Assembly (NCBI GenBank): GCA_039028615.1
Contig: JBCCHT010000031.1
Coordinates: forward strand, 64,001 to 128,000
Reading direction: 5' to 3'
Length of the DNA stretch: 64,000 nt
Source of the DNA: Myxococcota bacterium
Lineage (GTDB): Bacteria > Myxococcota_A > Polyangia > Nannocystales > Nannocystaceae
Shown piece by piece: positions 33,328 through 42,713 of the stretch. Below the pieces are notes generated by a model. It did no database searches, was not told where the DNA came from, and worked only from the letters and a program-made list of their open reading frames with translations. How positions within the stretch are numbered: position 1 is the first letter of the stretch; each line of letters opens with the position of its first letter. Position numbers and translations under genes: made by a program.

Positions 33328-33344
33328 TCGCGGGAGGGAGCTAG
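32463..33344 (+). CDS. Hypothetical protein with C-terminal ricin-B/beta-trefoil lectin-like domain (copy 2)
   Basis: Collinear paralogue of 31505-32380 (offset 958 bp); ends WAVPNGSKNEGIIIETYTRKHTNSFKWTF. Confidence 0.6.
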   Translation: MTNEETNTSGSPGLEVRQVSGDPKIQLSSETGIPALHLTFTATGWTASGGRYDDDTDTYSVSTQSTSEDGVYFAPVYYKDETVGDHHHYGMVYWEQDMGGFPVRLFQSATEITSPTADNQSNIYGAHGDVYSLNLWLQPVRSYQVQTQNNPGQCIVSPYWLPNRYTNLLTSTNPVTTQQQPYTEFGLISTGTACLLFQRKLSGVIYVPNGKDASQSMLVGYPTREDFSDASSAPCQTWAFDQQQDATLTLTSDVGLVWAVPNGSKNEGIIIETYTRKHTNSFKWTFVEVAGGS

Positions 33345-35164
33345 CGACGAGCGGTGACCTCGACCTCGGGCATTGCCTCGCGCACGATCTCGAGGCCGGC
33401 TTCGAGCACTTCGTCTCGGCCCGCCCGAAGGCCCGCGATGGTGGGGTGCACCTCGAGGTCGGGCCGCACCCCGCCGCGGTGGAAAGGGCTACCGTCGTGG
33501 CGGGTCACTCGCATGCCGCTGTAGATCACGAAGAACCCGCCCAAGGTGTCGAAGCGAACGATGTCGCCGTTGGCCCCCGCGCTGGCCTGCCCCACCAGCG
33601 TGCCGAGCTCGTGGCTCTCGACGTAGCTGAGCATCGACTCGGCGTAGCTGATGGCCTCGGCCGAGACGAGGAAGGTGACGGGGGCGTCGAGGTGGGGCTC
33701 GGCGGGGCGGCGGTGCCAGCCGAGGTCGTGCCAGCCCACCACTTCACCGTCGGGCTCGACGTAGCGCGGCACGTGCATCCACAGCGTGTCCTCGGGGCCG
33801 TCGAGCAGGTGATCGAGGATTGGATCGTTGTTGACGGGGTAGCCCCGCATGTCGAACACGATGCCCGGAGCGGCCGCCAGCTCGGGGAGGCGAGGCTCGA
33901 TGGCCTTCCAGTCGGCGCGGGTGAGATCGACGTAGAACACGCCGTCGTCGAAGCTGTGGATGGCGGGCGGCCGCGGGTTGATGGGCACGGGGAAGCGCTC
34001 GGCTTCGGTGCGAATGCGATGGTGCTGGCCGTTGCGCTCGAGCTGAATCTCGACCTCGTGACCCATGGGGGCGCGGGTGGTCTCCCACGCGGCGGCCCGG
34101 AACTCACGCCACTGGCGGGTGCCCGACAGCCGCGAGGCGATGGACTCGATCTCGGCCAGCGCGGGCGACCCGTCGATGTGGGTGATGACGTCGCCGACCT
34201 CGAACTTCTCGGGCTCGCGGGTACCCGTGACCACGGGGGTGCCTTCGACCAGCTCGATGCGCAGCGGGAGCGTGCACGCCGACTGCTGGGAGTGCCCCAC
34301 GAAGCCGTGCCCGTCTTCGAGCGGCTCGAGCAGGCCGCGGAGCGTGTTGCGGAAGTCTTCGGGGTCGTGGTCGTCGCTGGCGTCGCGCAGCGCGGCCACC
34401 AACATCGCGTCCCAGTCGAGCTCGAGTTCGTGCTGATAGGGATAGAAATGCCGCAGCACGTTCCACACCTCGATGATCGCGGCCTGCCGCACTTCGAGGC
34501 GAGCGGTGTCGTGGCGCTCCCGGGGACCGGGCGCCGCCATGTCGGTGGTGTCGTGGGCGGCCTGCTCGCGACTGAGCACGACGGGGAGCTGCACGAACAG
34601 CTCGTCGGAGATCTGGGTGCGGACGCGGGTGTCGGCGGACGGGGTCTCGGGGAAGTGCCGACGCCAGCTCTCGTCGGGGTGCACCCGCACCTTGCGGTAG
34701 GGCGGAGTGAATAGCGAGACGGGCGTGCCGGGGAAGCCCTGGTACTGCCAATACACCAGCCCCTGCCGCCGTGAGGGCACGGCGGGATCGGGAGGCGCGG
34801 GCTCGTCGTGCGCCCATAGCTGGAGCGACGGCGCGTAGGGATGCATGAGCAGCTCGAGCCGTTCGATCTGCGCGTCGAGGGTGGGAGCGTCGTGCACCAG
34901 CTCGACCCCGGACACGGCGAGCTGCTGCCAGTCCGCGTCGGCCGAGGCGTTGGTGGGGTGGAAAAATCGCACGTAGCCGTACACCCGAGCGAAGGCCACG
35001 AGGTTCTGCTCGGCGGTGACGGCTTGGCCCCGCGCGACGGAGACGGGGGCGGTGGGCTGCGTGGGCGCCGGCGCGGGCCGATGAGCGCAGGCCGACACGA
35101 GGGCGGCGAGCGCTACGGCGAGCGGGCGCGGAGACCACGGCACGAGATCATTGACGCTCGGCAC
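33341..35164 (-). CDS. S41-family peptidase lipoprotein
   Basis: Lipobox VSAC; YGYVRFFHP, WNVLRHFYPY, DGHG, PDZ-like GDVITHIDG, IVFDMRGYP, AISYAE, GANG, GVRPDLEV. Start uncertain. Confidence 0.85.
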   Translation of the reverse strand: MPSVNDLVPWSPRPLAVALAALVSACAHRPAPAPTQPTAPVSVARGQAVTAEQNLVAFARVYGYVRFFHPTNASADADWQQLAVSGVELVHDAPTLDAQIERLELLMHPYAPSLQLWAHDEPAPPDPAVPSRRQGLVYWQYQGFPGTPVSLFTPPYRKVRVHPDESWRRHFPETPSADTRVRTQISDELFVQLPVVLSREQAAHDTTDMAAPGPRERHDTARLEVRQAAIIEVWNVLRHFYPYQHELELDWDAMLVAALRDASDDHDPEDFRNTLRGLLEPLEDGHGFVGHSQQSACTLPLRIELVEGTPVVTGTREPEKFEVGDVITHIDGSPALAEIESIASRLSGTRQWREFRAAAWETTRAPMGHEVEIQLERNGQHHRIRTEAERFPVPINPRPPAIHSFDDGVFYVDLTRADWKAIEPRLPELAAAPGIVFDMRGYPVNNDPILDHLLDGPEDTLWMHVPRYVEPDGEVVGWHDLGWHRRPAEPHLDAPVTFLVSAEAISYAESMLSYVESHELGTLVGQASAGANGDIVRFDTLGGFFVIYSGMRVTRHDGSPFHRGGVRPDLEVHPTIAGLRAGRDEVLEAGLEIVREAMPEVEVTARR

Positions 35165-35229
35165 CCCATGAAAGTTCCGACGGGGCCGAAATTGGCCCCG
35201 CACGGGGGTTGGGAGGGCCGTTCGCGGCG

Positions 35230-35694
35230 TCAGGCGCTCGCCGCGATGGGCTCCGCCGTGAGCCCGGAGAGCTGGCGCAGGGTCTCGGCCAGCTCGGCCG
35301 TCTTGGCGACGGTGCGCGGCACGACGAGCACGGTGTCGTCTCCCGCCAGCGTGCCCAGCACGTCGGGGCGCTCGAGGGCATCGAGGTCGAGGCCCACCGC
35401 CTGCGCTCGACCCACCTCGGTTCGAATCACCACCATGGCCTCGTTGTGCTCGATGTCGATCACCATGTCACGCGGCAAGCCGCGGGGGCCGTCGAGCTGG
35501 TAGATGCCCACGCCGTCCGCTCCGGTTCGACGCTGGGCACCGAGGCGCTTGAGGTCGCGACTCACCGTGCTCTGCGTGACGCGATAGCCCTGCGCGGCCA
35601 GCAGGTGACACAGCTCGGTTTGAGTAGCAGCGCGGCCCTCGGAGAGCAGCTCGCGAAGCGCTGAACGACGATTGAGGCTGGGACGTGACATCAT
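35230..35694 (-). CDS. argR: Arginine repressor
   Basis: TQxEL...VTQSTVSRDL winged helix; C-terminal GTLAGDDT arginine-binding motif. Confidence 0.93.
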   Translation of the reverse strand: MMSRPSLNRRSALRELLSEGRAATQTELCHLLAAQGYRVTQSTVSRDLKRLGAQRRTGADGVGIYQLDGPRGLPRDMVIDIEHNEAMVVIRTEVGRAQAVGLDLDALERPDVLGTLAGDDTVLVVPRTVAKTAELAETLRQLSGLTAEPIAASA

Positions 35695-37622
35695 TGGACT
35701 GCCTGGCGGGTGATCAAGCTACCGATGCCCTCGTCGGTGAACAGCTCGCCGACGAGCGCATGAGGCAAGCGCTGGTCGATGAGGTGTACGGCGGGGACCC
35801 CTTGTCGAGCGGCGTGCTCGGCCAGGGCCAGTAGCTCGGGGTTGACGGTCGCGAAGCGCTCTTGCTCGAGACCCACGAGGAATTGACGGTGGGAGATCGT
35901 CTGGACGAAGCCGTGCTCGTCCCGAAGACCGCGCTCGGGGCCCATCACGATGAGCTTTTGCATGCCGAGGTTGATGGCCATGCGCACGAGCTGGGTGGGA
36001 TTCGGCTCGTCGAGCACGACGGTGCACAGGTGCCCGCGGTCGAGCAGGTGCCGGGCATCCTCGTACCCGGTGGTGACCGACGCGCAGTAGTGCCCCGTGG
36101 CCTCGAGGTGGCTACGAACCTGCTCGGCGATCTCCGGGTTGGAGACGACGAGCAGGGGCCGAATGTTGGCATCGAGGCACAGCTCGAGGTCTTGGGCGAG
36201 CTTGGCGATGAGGTCCTCGCGGACGGGCGCCTGCGGAATGTGGACCATCAGGTGCAGGCCCACGAAGCGGCGCACATAGGCGAGGCCGTCGACGATGAGC
36301 TGATGCTTGAGTCGCGGCGAGTAGCCGCCGAGGCCGAGGTTGCGCCGCACGACGCCTTCGGCGGTGGTCTCGATCTTTGTGGCCTCGTCGGCGTTGATGC
36401 GCACGTAGTCGTAGCTGAGGTCGCACCCCAGGGCGAGGTGTTCGCCCGGCCCGTCGCCGAGCTCGAGGGTCCAGCGCACGGTGCCGTCGCGCATGCGTCG
36501 GCTGACCTCGTCCATGTCCACGCCCTCACAGGGTCCCTCGCGGGTGTACAGGGCGATGCCCTGGGCCAAGATCGTCATCTGGCGAGGATCGACGGACAGG
36601 TCGTGCTCGAGCACCGCTTGCCCGGTGGCGGCGGCGATGCGGCCCCAGTCGGCCTGCCCGGCGAAGGTGCTGCACTTGACCAGGCTGCTGCGGCACACGG
36701 CCCGCCCGATGAAGCGCGCGGTGGCAAGATCGGGCGCGCCCTTGACCTCCACCTCGAGCATGCGGGTGGCGCCCTCGCCATCGAGCGCGACCTGGCGGGC
36801 CAACGAGGCGAGCACGGCTCGCAGCGCGGCGCTGAAGATCTGCTCCGCCTCCTCGGTATGGATGGAGGTCTTGCTGGTGCCGTTGGCGAGCACGACGACC
36901 GAGTCGTTCGTGGAGGTGTCCCCGTCGACGCAGATCCCGTTGAAGGTGTCGTCGATGTGCTCGCTGAGCATGGCCTGCAGCCGCGCCGGGCCGATGGCGG
37001 CGTCGGTGCACACGAACCCGAGGGTGGTGGCCATGTTGGGGTGGATCATGCCCGAGCCCTTGGCGATTCCGAGCAGGCGAATGGGCTCGGAGGCGCCGGG
37101 AATGGGCACGTTGAGCTGCGCGACCTTGGTCCCCGTGTCGGTGGTGAGGATGGCCTGGGCGAAGACCATCGGGTCGTCCTGCGCCCCTTCGCACAGGCCG
37201 GGCAGGGCGTCGGTGATCTTGTCGGCGGGGAGGGGCTGGCCGATCACCCCGGTCGACATGGTCAGCACCTGCGAGAGATCCACGCGCAGCGCGATCGCGG
37301 AGTCGCGGGCGACCTGCTCGTTGGTTTGCTCGCCGCTGGGCCCGGTCATCGCGTTGGCGTTGCCGGAGTTGACGACGATGGCCGCGACGCCCGGGTTGGG
37401 CACGAGGCCGGCGTCTCGATCGACGCAGGCGGCCCGGGCCGGGTTGCGGGTGAAGACCCCGGCCGCGGCGGCGGGCGGCGTGCTGCGAATGAGCCCGAGA
37501 TCGGGCCGCCCCTGCTTGATCCCGCAGCGGGTCGCGCCGAAGTGGAAGCCTTGGGGCAACGAATCGAGGTCGCCCAGCGTCACGCTCACGGGCGGGAGCT
37601 CGGGGAGGGATTGTTTGCTCAT
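35691..37622 (-). CDS. argJ: Ornithine acetyltransferase ArgJ fused to a degenerate acetylglutamate-kinase-like domain
   Basis: Start MSKQ overlaps the argC stop. NSGNANA, STGVIG, AILTTDT, KGSGMIHPNMAT (autoproteolytic Thr), DGDTSTND, DGEGAT, GCDLSYDYVRINA; then ~230 aa ArgB-like tail ending HALVGELFTDEGIGSLI. Confidence 0.9.
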   Translation of the reverse strand: MSKQSLPELPPVSVTLGDLDSLPQGFHFGATRCGIKQGRPDLGLIRSTPPAAAAGVFTRNPARAACVDRDAGLVPNPGVAAIVVNSGNANAMTGPSGEQTNEQVARDSAIALRVDLSQVLTMSTGVIGQPLPADKITDALPGLCEGAQDDPMVFAQAILTTDTGTKVAQLNVPIPGASEPIRLLGIAKGSGMIHPNMATTLGFVCTDAAIGPARLQAMLSEHIDDTFNGICVDGDTSTNDSVVVLANGTSKTSIHTEEAEQIFSAALRAVLASLARQVALDGEGATRMLEVEVKGAPDLATARFIGRAVCRSSLVKCSTFAGQADWGRIAAATGQAVLEHDLSVDPRQMTILAQGIALYTREGPCEGVDMDEVSRRMRDGTVRWTLELGDGPGEHLALGCDLSYDYVRINADEATKIETTAEGVVRRNLGLGGYSPRLKHQLIVDGLAYVRRFVGLHLMVHIPQAPVREDLIAKLAQDLELCLDANIRPLLVVSNPEIAEQVRSHLEATGHYCASVTTGYEDARHLLDRGHLCTVVLDEPNPTQLVRMAINLGMQKLIVMGPERGLRDEHGFVQTISHRQFLVGLEQERFATVNPELLALAEHAARQGVPAVHLIDQRLPHALVGELFTDEGIGSLITRQAVQ

Positions 37623-38563
37623 GAGAGCATCCTCGACATGCCGGGCACGCCCGAGGGCAGCGCGGGCAGAGGAGCGGGGAGGCCGAGCTCGGGCGGCAGT
37701 CCCAGCCAGAGGTTCAGGTTGTGCACGGCCTGTGAAGCGGCGCCTCGCATGAGGTTGTCGATCGCACTGAACACGGGCACGAGGCCGCTGCGGCTCTTTG
37801 GACCCACGGCGAGCAGGGCTTGGTGGCTGCCCACCACGTGGCGGATGCCGAGGCCCGCTCCGGGCTCGGGCAGGACGCTGACCCACGGGTGCGTCTCGTA
37901 GAACGCTCGCAGCCCGTCGACGAGGCGGCTCGGCTCGACCAAGGGGCGGACGAAGGCGGTGACCAGCATGCCGCGAGCGAGCGGCAGCAGCTGGGTGACG
38001 AAGCTGATGGGCGCGCCGAGGTAGCGCTCGATCTCGGGGATGTGGCGGTGCTCGCCGACCTTGTACGGGAAGGTGTTGCCCTCGAGCTCGCAGAAGTGCA
38101 GGTGGGGCGCGACGCCCTTGCCCGCACCCGAGGCTCCGCTGGCCCCGACCACCGCGATGTTCTCCTCGGCGATGAGGCCGGCCTGCAGAAGAGGTCGCAA
38201 CACCAACAAGGTGGCGGTCGGGTAACAACCCGGGTTGGCGACGAGCGAAGTCTCTGCCGAGGGCGCACCGCGGAGCTCGGGCAGGCCGTAGTGGGCGTCG
38301 TCCTGCCGACGGTGGGCGTCGGAGAGATCGAGGACTCGGAGCCCGCGCTGGAGCAGTGCGGGAGTCCAGGTGCGGGCGGCCTCCGAGGGCGTCGCGAGTG
38401 CGACCACATCGCACTGCGCACACGCCGCGAGAGCCTCGTCATCGGGGGCGCGCGCGTCGATCACCTGCACATCGATGCATGGATGATGCATCAAAAGTGC
38501 ATGGAGAACTTGGCCCGCGTAGCCTCTCGATCCGATCAGGGCGACGTTGGTTGCCGTTGGCAT
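37619..38563 (-). CDS. argC: N-acetyl-gamma-glutamyl-phosphate reductase
   Basis: IGSRGYAG, DLSDAHR, ANPGCYPT (catalytic Cys), SGASGAG, HRHIPEI, IDNLMRGAASQAV. Confidence 0.93.
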   Translation of the reverse strand: MPTATNVALIGSRGYAGQVLHALLMHHPCIDVQVIDARAPDDEALAACAQCDVVALATPSEAARTWTPALLQRGLRVLDLSDAHRRQDDAHYGLPELRGAPSAETSLVANPGCYPTATLLVLRPLLQAGLIAEENIAVVGASGASGAGKGVAPHLHFCELEGNTFPYKVGEHRHIPEIERYLGAPISFVTQLLPLARGMLVTAFVRPLVEPSRLVDGLRAFYETHPWVSVLPEPGAGLGIRHVVGSHQALLAVGPKSRSGLVPVFSAIDNLMRGAASQAVHNLNLWLGLPPELGLPAPLPALPSGVPGMSRMLS

Positions 38564-38629
38564 AACCAAATCGATAACTTTGGTCGCCAGGAGGCGCAAG
38601 CGAATTCGTGTGACAATCGTGGGTTAGAA

Positions 38630-38660
38630 CTGCATTTATGCAGCATGGCTGCATAGTATG
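38630..38660. promoter_or_regulatory. Probable tandem ARG-box-like ArgR operator upstream of argC
   Basis: Palindrome CTGCAT-TT-ATGCAG (38630-38643) followed by CTGCATAGTATG; AT-rich; just upstream of an operon that contains argR. Half-site spacing is shorter than canonical. Confidence 0.55.
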
Positions 38661-38721
38661 TTGGTGCTGCGCCGGGGTTGGTGCATCATCGCGCCCGCCG
38701 TGAAGAATCGAAGCCTGGCTC

Positions 38722-38750
38722 TTGACAGCTCCCGACGACGCGGGCAGAGT
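38722..38750 (+). promoter_or_regulatory. Sigma-70-type promoter for tRNA-Gly
   Basis: TTGACA (38722-38727), 17-bp spacer, CAGAGT (38745-38750), ~15 nt before the tRNA. Confidence 0.6.
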
Positions 38751-38765
38751 CCGCAACCCCAACGC

Positions 38766-38841
<76 letters not shown>

Positions 38842-38855
38842 TAGAACGCTTCGTT

Positions 38856-38884
38856 CGCCCCGACCGGAAACCCGGCGGGGCGTT
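38856..38884 (+). terminator. GC-rich hairpin after the tRNA (terminator or processing stem)
   Basis: CGCCCCG-ACCGG-AAAC-CCGG-CGGGGCG followed by TT; weak U tract. Confidence 0.45.
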
Positions 38885-40313
38885 GTCGCGTCGGGGCATC
38901 GGGACCTGGGCTCTGGTGGCGTCCTTGCTGGCGGTCACGAGCCTGGCTCCGGCCTGTCGTACCGAGACGGAGAAGGAGGCTCACCCCCGGGTCAAGCTCG
39001 AGGGAGATCGCCACCAGGTCGAGCTGTTCGACGACGACCAGGCGCTCGGCAGCGACAACCCGCTGGTGACGATCGTCCTGTTCTCCGACTACGCCTGCCC
39101 GCCCTGCAGCCGCACGTGGCAGGTGATGGACAACCTGGTCGAGGACTACGGCGCCGATCTCCGCGTGGTGTTCCGCTCGTACACGGTGCAGGCCTTGCCC
39201 GGCAGCGAGCGGGCGGCCGAGGCCGCGTTCGCTGCGGGCGCGCAGGGCAAGTTCTGGGAGATGCACCGTCGACTCTCGGCCCAGGGCTCCGACTTCGAGC
39301 GGCCGACCCTGCGAGCGCACGCCGAGGCGCTGTCGCTCGACGTCGACCGGTTCATGGACGATCTCGACACGGGGGCGCACTCGGGGCCGCGCATTCGCCA
39401 TCGGCGGCAGGCCAAGTCGCTCGGCGTCGTGGGCTTGCCCGCCATGTTCATAAACGGGAAGTACCTCGCGGGCTTCCAGGACGAGCCGACCTGGCACGGG
39501 ATCATCGACCAGCAGATCGCCGAGGCCCGCACGGTGCTCGAGCAGGGCACGCCGCGGGCCGGGCTCTACGACAAGCTCATGGAGGGGGCGACCACGCGAC
39601 GCGTGGGGGGTGCCCCGGGTGAGCAGGAGCTGCGCGAGAAGCTGGCCGGGCAGGCCGCGTCCGTGGTCGATCCTCGCCGCCTCGTCGCGCCCGACGGCAG
39701 CCGTCGCTACGCGATCCGAGTGGGGGACGCCCCCGCCACCGGAGACGCCACCGCGCCCGTCGAGCTGGTCATGTTCTTCGATTTCCGCTGCCCCTACTGC
39801 CGGCGGGCGTGGAAGCAGGAGATCGGGGTCTTGGTCCGTAGCCAGCCCCAGGGCGTGCGCCTGGCCATTCGCCAGCTGCCCCTGGAGATCCATCCCACCG
39901 CGACCGGAGCGGCCCAGGCCGTGCTCGCGGCGGGTCGGCAGTCGCGCTTTTGGGGGATGTTCGATCGCCTGGTCGAGCACGACGGCACGCTCGGGCGCAG
40001 CAACTTCGTCGACTACGCCAAGGAGCTGGGGCTCGACGAGGCTCGCTTCCTCGCCGACCTGTCCGACCCCGCGATCGCCAAGCAAGTCGAGGCCGACCTC
40101 GATCTGGCGAACAAGGTCGGCGTCACCGGGACGCCCGGCTTCTTCGTCAACGGCCGCTACGTCAACGGCTTCACGCCCGGGGTGGTCACCGCGATGGTCG
40201 AAGAGGAGCAGGTCGCGGCCCAGACCCTCATCGACGCTGGGACGCCGCCCGACAAGGTCGTGGACGAGCTGATGAAAGACGCCGTGCCCGCCTCGGAGTT
40301 TCCGAACCGATGA
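38883..40313 (+). CDS. DsbA-family thioredoxin-fold lipoprotein with two domains
   Basis: Lipobox LAPAC; FSDYACPPC and FFDFRCPYC; second domain has cis-Pro loop GTPGFFVNG. Start after the tRNA (TTG 38883 or GTG 38916). Confidence 0.85.
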   Translation: MSRRGIGTWALVASLLAVTSLAPACRTETEKEAHPRVKLEGDRHQVELFDDDQALGSDNPLVTIVLFSDYACPPCSRTWQVMDNLVEDYGADLRVVFRSYTVQALPGSERAAEAAFAAGAQGKFWEMHRRLSAQGSDFERPTLRAHAEALSLDVDRFMDDLDTGAHSGPRIRHRRQAKSLGVVGLPAMFINGKYLAGFQDEPTWHGIIDQQIAEARTVLEQGTPRAGLYDKLMEGATTRRVGGAPGEQELREKLAGQAASVVDPRRLVAPDGSRRYAIRVGDAPATGDATAPVELVMFFDFRCPYCRRAWKQEIGVLVRSQPQGVRLAIRQLPLEIHPTATGAAQAVLAAGRQSRFWGMFDRLVEHDGTLGRSNFVDYAKELGLDEARFLADLSDPAIAKQVEADLDLANKVGVTGTPGFFVNGRYVNGFTPGVVTAMVEEEQVAAQTLIDAGTPPDKVVDELMKDAVPASEFPNR

Positions 40314-41119
40314 AGCGCCGCGCGTTTGCTGTCGGTTCCGTGCGAGGCGGTCTCGCGCTTGCGTTGCTCGGCGGCGTCGGTTTCCAAGCCGGGTGTCGTC
40401 GCAGCGAGCCCTCGGCCGCCGACGAGACCTTCGAGCCGCTGCCCGGGGTCGACGACGTCGACGGCACGCTCACCCGCATGATCGGGGCCGAGCGCTGGCC
40501 CGCCACCTACGGCGAGGGAGCGCCCATCAAGGGCGCCAAGCAGCCGCTGGTCACCATCATCGAGTACTCCGATTTCGAGTGCCCGTTCTGTAGCGGCTTC
40601 GCGGCGACGCTCGACGAGCTGGTCACCGCCTACCCCGACGACGTGCGCATCGTGTTCCAGCAGTTTCCGCTGCCGATGCACCCGGGGGCCGAGCCCGCCG
40701 CCCGAGCCGCGATCGCGGCCCAGGCCCAACGTCGCTTCTGGGCGATGCACGACCGGCTCTTCCGCGAGCGCCACCCCGACACCGATGCGCTCGTGAGTGC
40801 CGCCGATGACCTGGGTCTCGACACCAAAGCCTTCCAGGCGGCTCTCGAAGATCCGGCGACGGCCAAGCGCGTCGCGGACGAGCAGGCCAAGGGGCGATCG
40901 ATCGGCGTGCGCTCGACGCCCAACTTCTTCCTCAACGGTCGGCTGGTGAAGGGGGCCCTGCCGCCCGAGCGCCTGAGCAAGCTCATCGAGAGCGAGCGGA
41001 AGATCGCGCAGCAGCTGGTCGACGCCGGTTCCGATCGGCGCGAGGTCTACGCCCGCTTCATGCGGGCCGCGCTCGACCAGCACCCCAAGGCCCGCGCCAA
41101 GACTCCGGCGAAGCCCTAA
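40310..41119 (+). CDS. DsbA-family lipoprotein
   Basis: ATGA overlap; MKRR...FQAGC lipobox; YSDFECPFC; STPNFFLNG. Confidence 0.88.
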   Translation: MKRRAFAVGSVRGGLALALLGGVGFQAGCRRSEPSAADETFEPLPGVDDVDGTLTRMIGAERWPATYGEGAPIKGAKQPLVTIIEYSDFECPFCSGFAATLDELVTAYPDDVRIVFQQFPLPMHPGAEPAARAAIAAQAQRRFWAMHDRLFRERHPDTDALVSAADDLGLDTKAFQAALEDPATAKRVADEQAKGRSIGVRSTPNFFLNGRLVKGALPPERLSKLIESERKIAQQLVDAGSDRREVYARFMRAALDQHPKARAKTPAKP

Positions 41120-41245
41120 TCCGGCGATCTCGGCCCTTCAGGCGGCCGCAGGTGCCACGGGAGCGGGCCGGGGGCCACGGGGGTCCATAGGCTCTAGGGG
41201 CGTCGTGCGGCGAACAACCCGCCCTGCTACATTCCGCGGGCTGCC

Positions 41246-42709
41246 ATGGCGGACCGTGAAGACCAAGAGCCCGAGACGAGTGACCGTGCCTCCGACGACG
41301 AGGGGCGCGAGGACACCGAGGCGGCTGAAGGCGAGGGCACCGAGGCCAGCAAGGCGGAGGCCAAGGCCGAGGACAAGCCGCGCTTCGGCTCTGCGGTGGG
41401 CATCCTCGGGTTCCTGCTCGCGCTCGCGGGCGGCTTCTGGATCGGTCAGGCGATCCAGAACCAGGACGTCGACTGGGCCGGCTATGACGACCACGGTCGG
41501 TATCGCGTCGACCTGCGCGGCGACGAGCCGCAGTTCGGCCCCGACGACGCGCTGGTCACCATCATCGAGTTCTCCGACTACCAGTGCCCGTTCTGCCAGA
41601 AGGCGAACACACCGCTGATGGAGGTGCTCGAGGACAACGACGACGTTCGGCTGATCTTCAAGCACCACCCCCTGCCCATGCACGCGCAGGCCATTCCCGC
41701 CGCGCGGGCGGCCTGGGCCGCGCACCAGCAGGGCAAGTTCTGGCCGATGCACGAGCACCTGTTCAAGGTCAACGGCAAGGTCGACGACATCGATCAGGTC
41801 GCCGAGCGCATGGGCCTCGACGTCGACCGCTTCAAGCGCGACATGCTGAGCGAAGCGGCCAGCGAAGCGCTCGAGAGCGATCGCTACGCCGCATCGGTGC
41901 TGGGCATCGGCTCCACGCCGCACTTCGTGATCAACGGCCGCCACGTTCGCGGCGCGCTGGCCGAGTCGCACTGGGAGCGGGTCATCGAGCTCGAGCGCAG
42001 CGAGGCCCAGGTCATCGTCGATGGTGGTGTCGCGCCAGCGGGGGTCTACGACGCGCTCATGGCCAAGGCCAAGAAGAAGCGCGCCAAGCCGGCCACCCGC
42101 GGCCCGGACCCCGCCAAGCGCCACGTGGTGCCCGTGGGCGAGGGGCGCCCCAGCCTCGGCCCCGCCGACGCGCTGGTCACCGTCATCGAATTCTCGGACT
42201 TCCAGTGCCCGTTCTGCTCCCGGGTCGCGCCGACCATCCACGACCTGCCGGGCCGTCACGACGACGTCCGGGTGGTCTTCCGCCAGCTGCCGCTGCCCAA
42301 TCACGCCGAGGCACGACCGGCCGCCATCGCAGCGCTGGCCGCCCATCGCCAGGGCAAGTTCTGGGAGATGCACGACGCCCTGTTCGCGGCCGAGGGCAAG
42401 ATCGACGAAGACGCGCGTGAGGACATGGCCGAGTCGATCGGCCTGGACATGGACCGGTTCCGCGCCGACCTCAACGACTCCGCCTTGGCCGCCATGGTCG
42501 ACGAAGACGCCGCGCTGGCCAAGGAGCTGAAGGTCTCTGGCACGCCCTCGTCCTTCGTCAACGGCCGTTTCCTCAGCGGGGCGCAGCCGGCCGAGCGCTT
42601 CGACACCCTCATCCAGCAGGAGCGCGAGGTCGCCCAGCAGCTCGTCTCCGAGGGGACCGCACCCGCGGCGGTGCTCGACACCTTGAACCAGCAGGCCCAG
42701 GGGAGCTGA
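41246..42709 (+). CDS. Membrane-anchored DsbA-family protein with two domains
   Basis: Acidic N-tail, one TM, FSDYQCPFC and FSDFQCPFC, STPHFVING and GTPSSFVNG. Confidence 0.9.
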   Translation: MADREDQEPETSDRASDDEGREDTEAAEGEGTEASKAEAKAEDKPRFGSAVGILGFLLALAGGFWIGQAIQNQDVDWAGYDDHGRYRVDLRGDEPQFGPDDALVTIIEFSDYQCPFCQKANTPLMEVLEDNDDVRLIFKHHPLPMHAQAIPAARAAWAAHQQGKFWPMHEHLFKVNGKVDDIDQVAERMGLDVDRFKRDMLSEAASEALESDRYAASVLGIGSTPHFVINGRHVRGALAESHWERVIELERSEAQVIVDGGVAPAGVYDALMAKAKKKRAKPATRGPDPAKRHVVPVGEGRPSLGPADALVTVIEFSDFQCPFCSRVAPTIHDLPGRHDDVRVVFRQLPLPNHAEARPAAIAALAAHRQGKFWEMHDALFAAEGKIDEDAREDMAESIGLDMDRFRADLNDSALAAMVDEDAALAKELKVSGTPSSFVNGRFLSGAQPAERFDTLIQQEREVAQQLVSEGTAPAAVLDTLNQQAQGS

Positions 42710-42713
42710 GCGC

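Noticed and set aside
37623..38423. Apparent 910-aa ArgJ with a long N-terminal extension
   Set aside because: The extension is an alternative frame of argC; ArgJ starts at ATG 37622, coupled to the argC stop.
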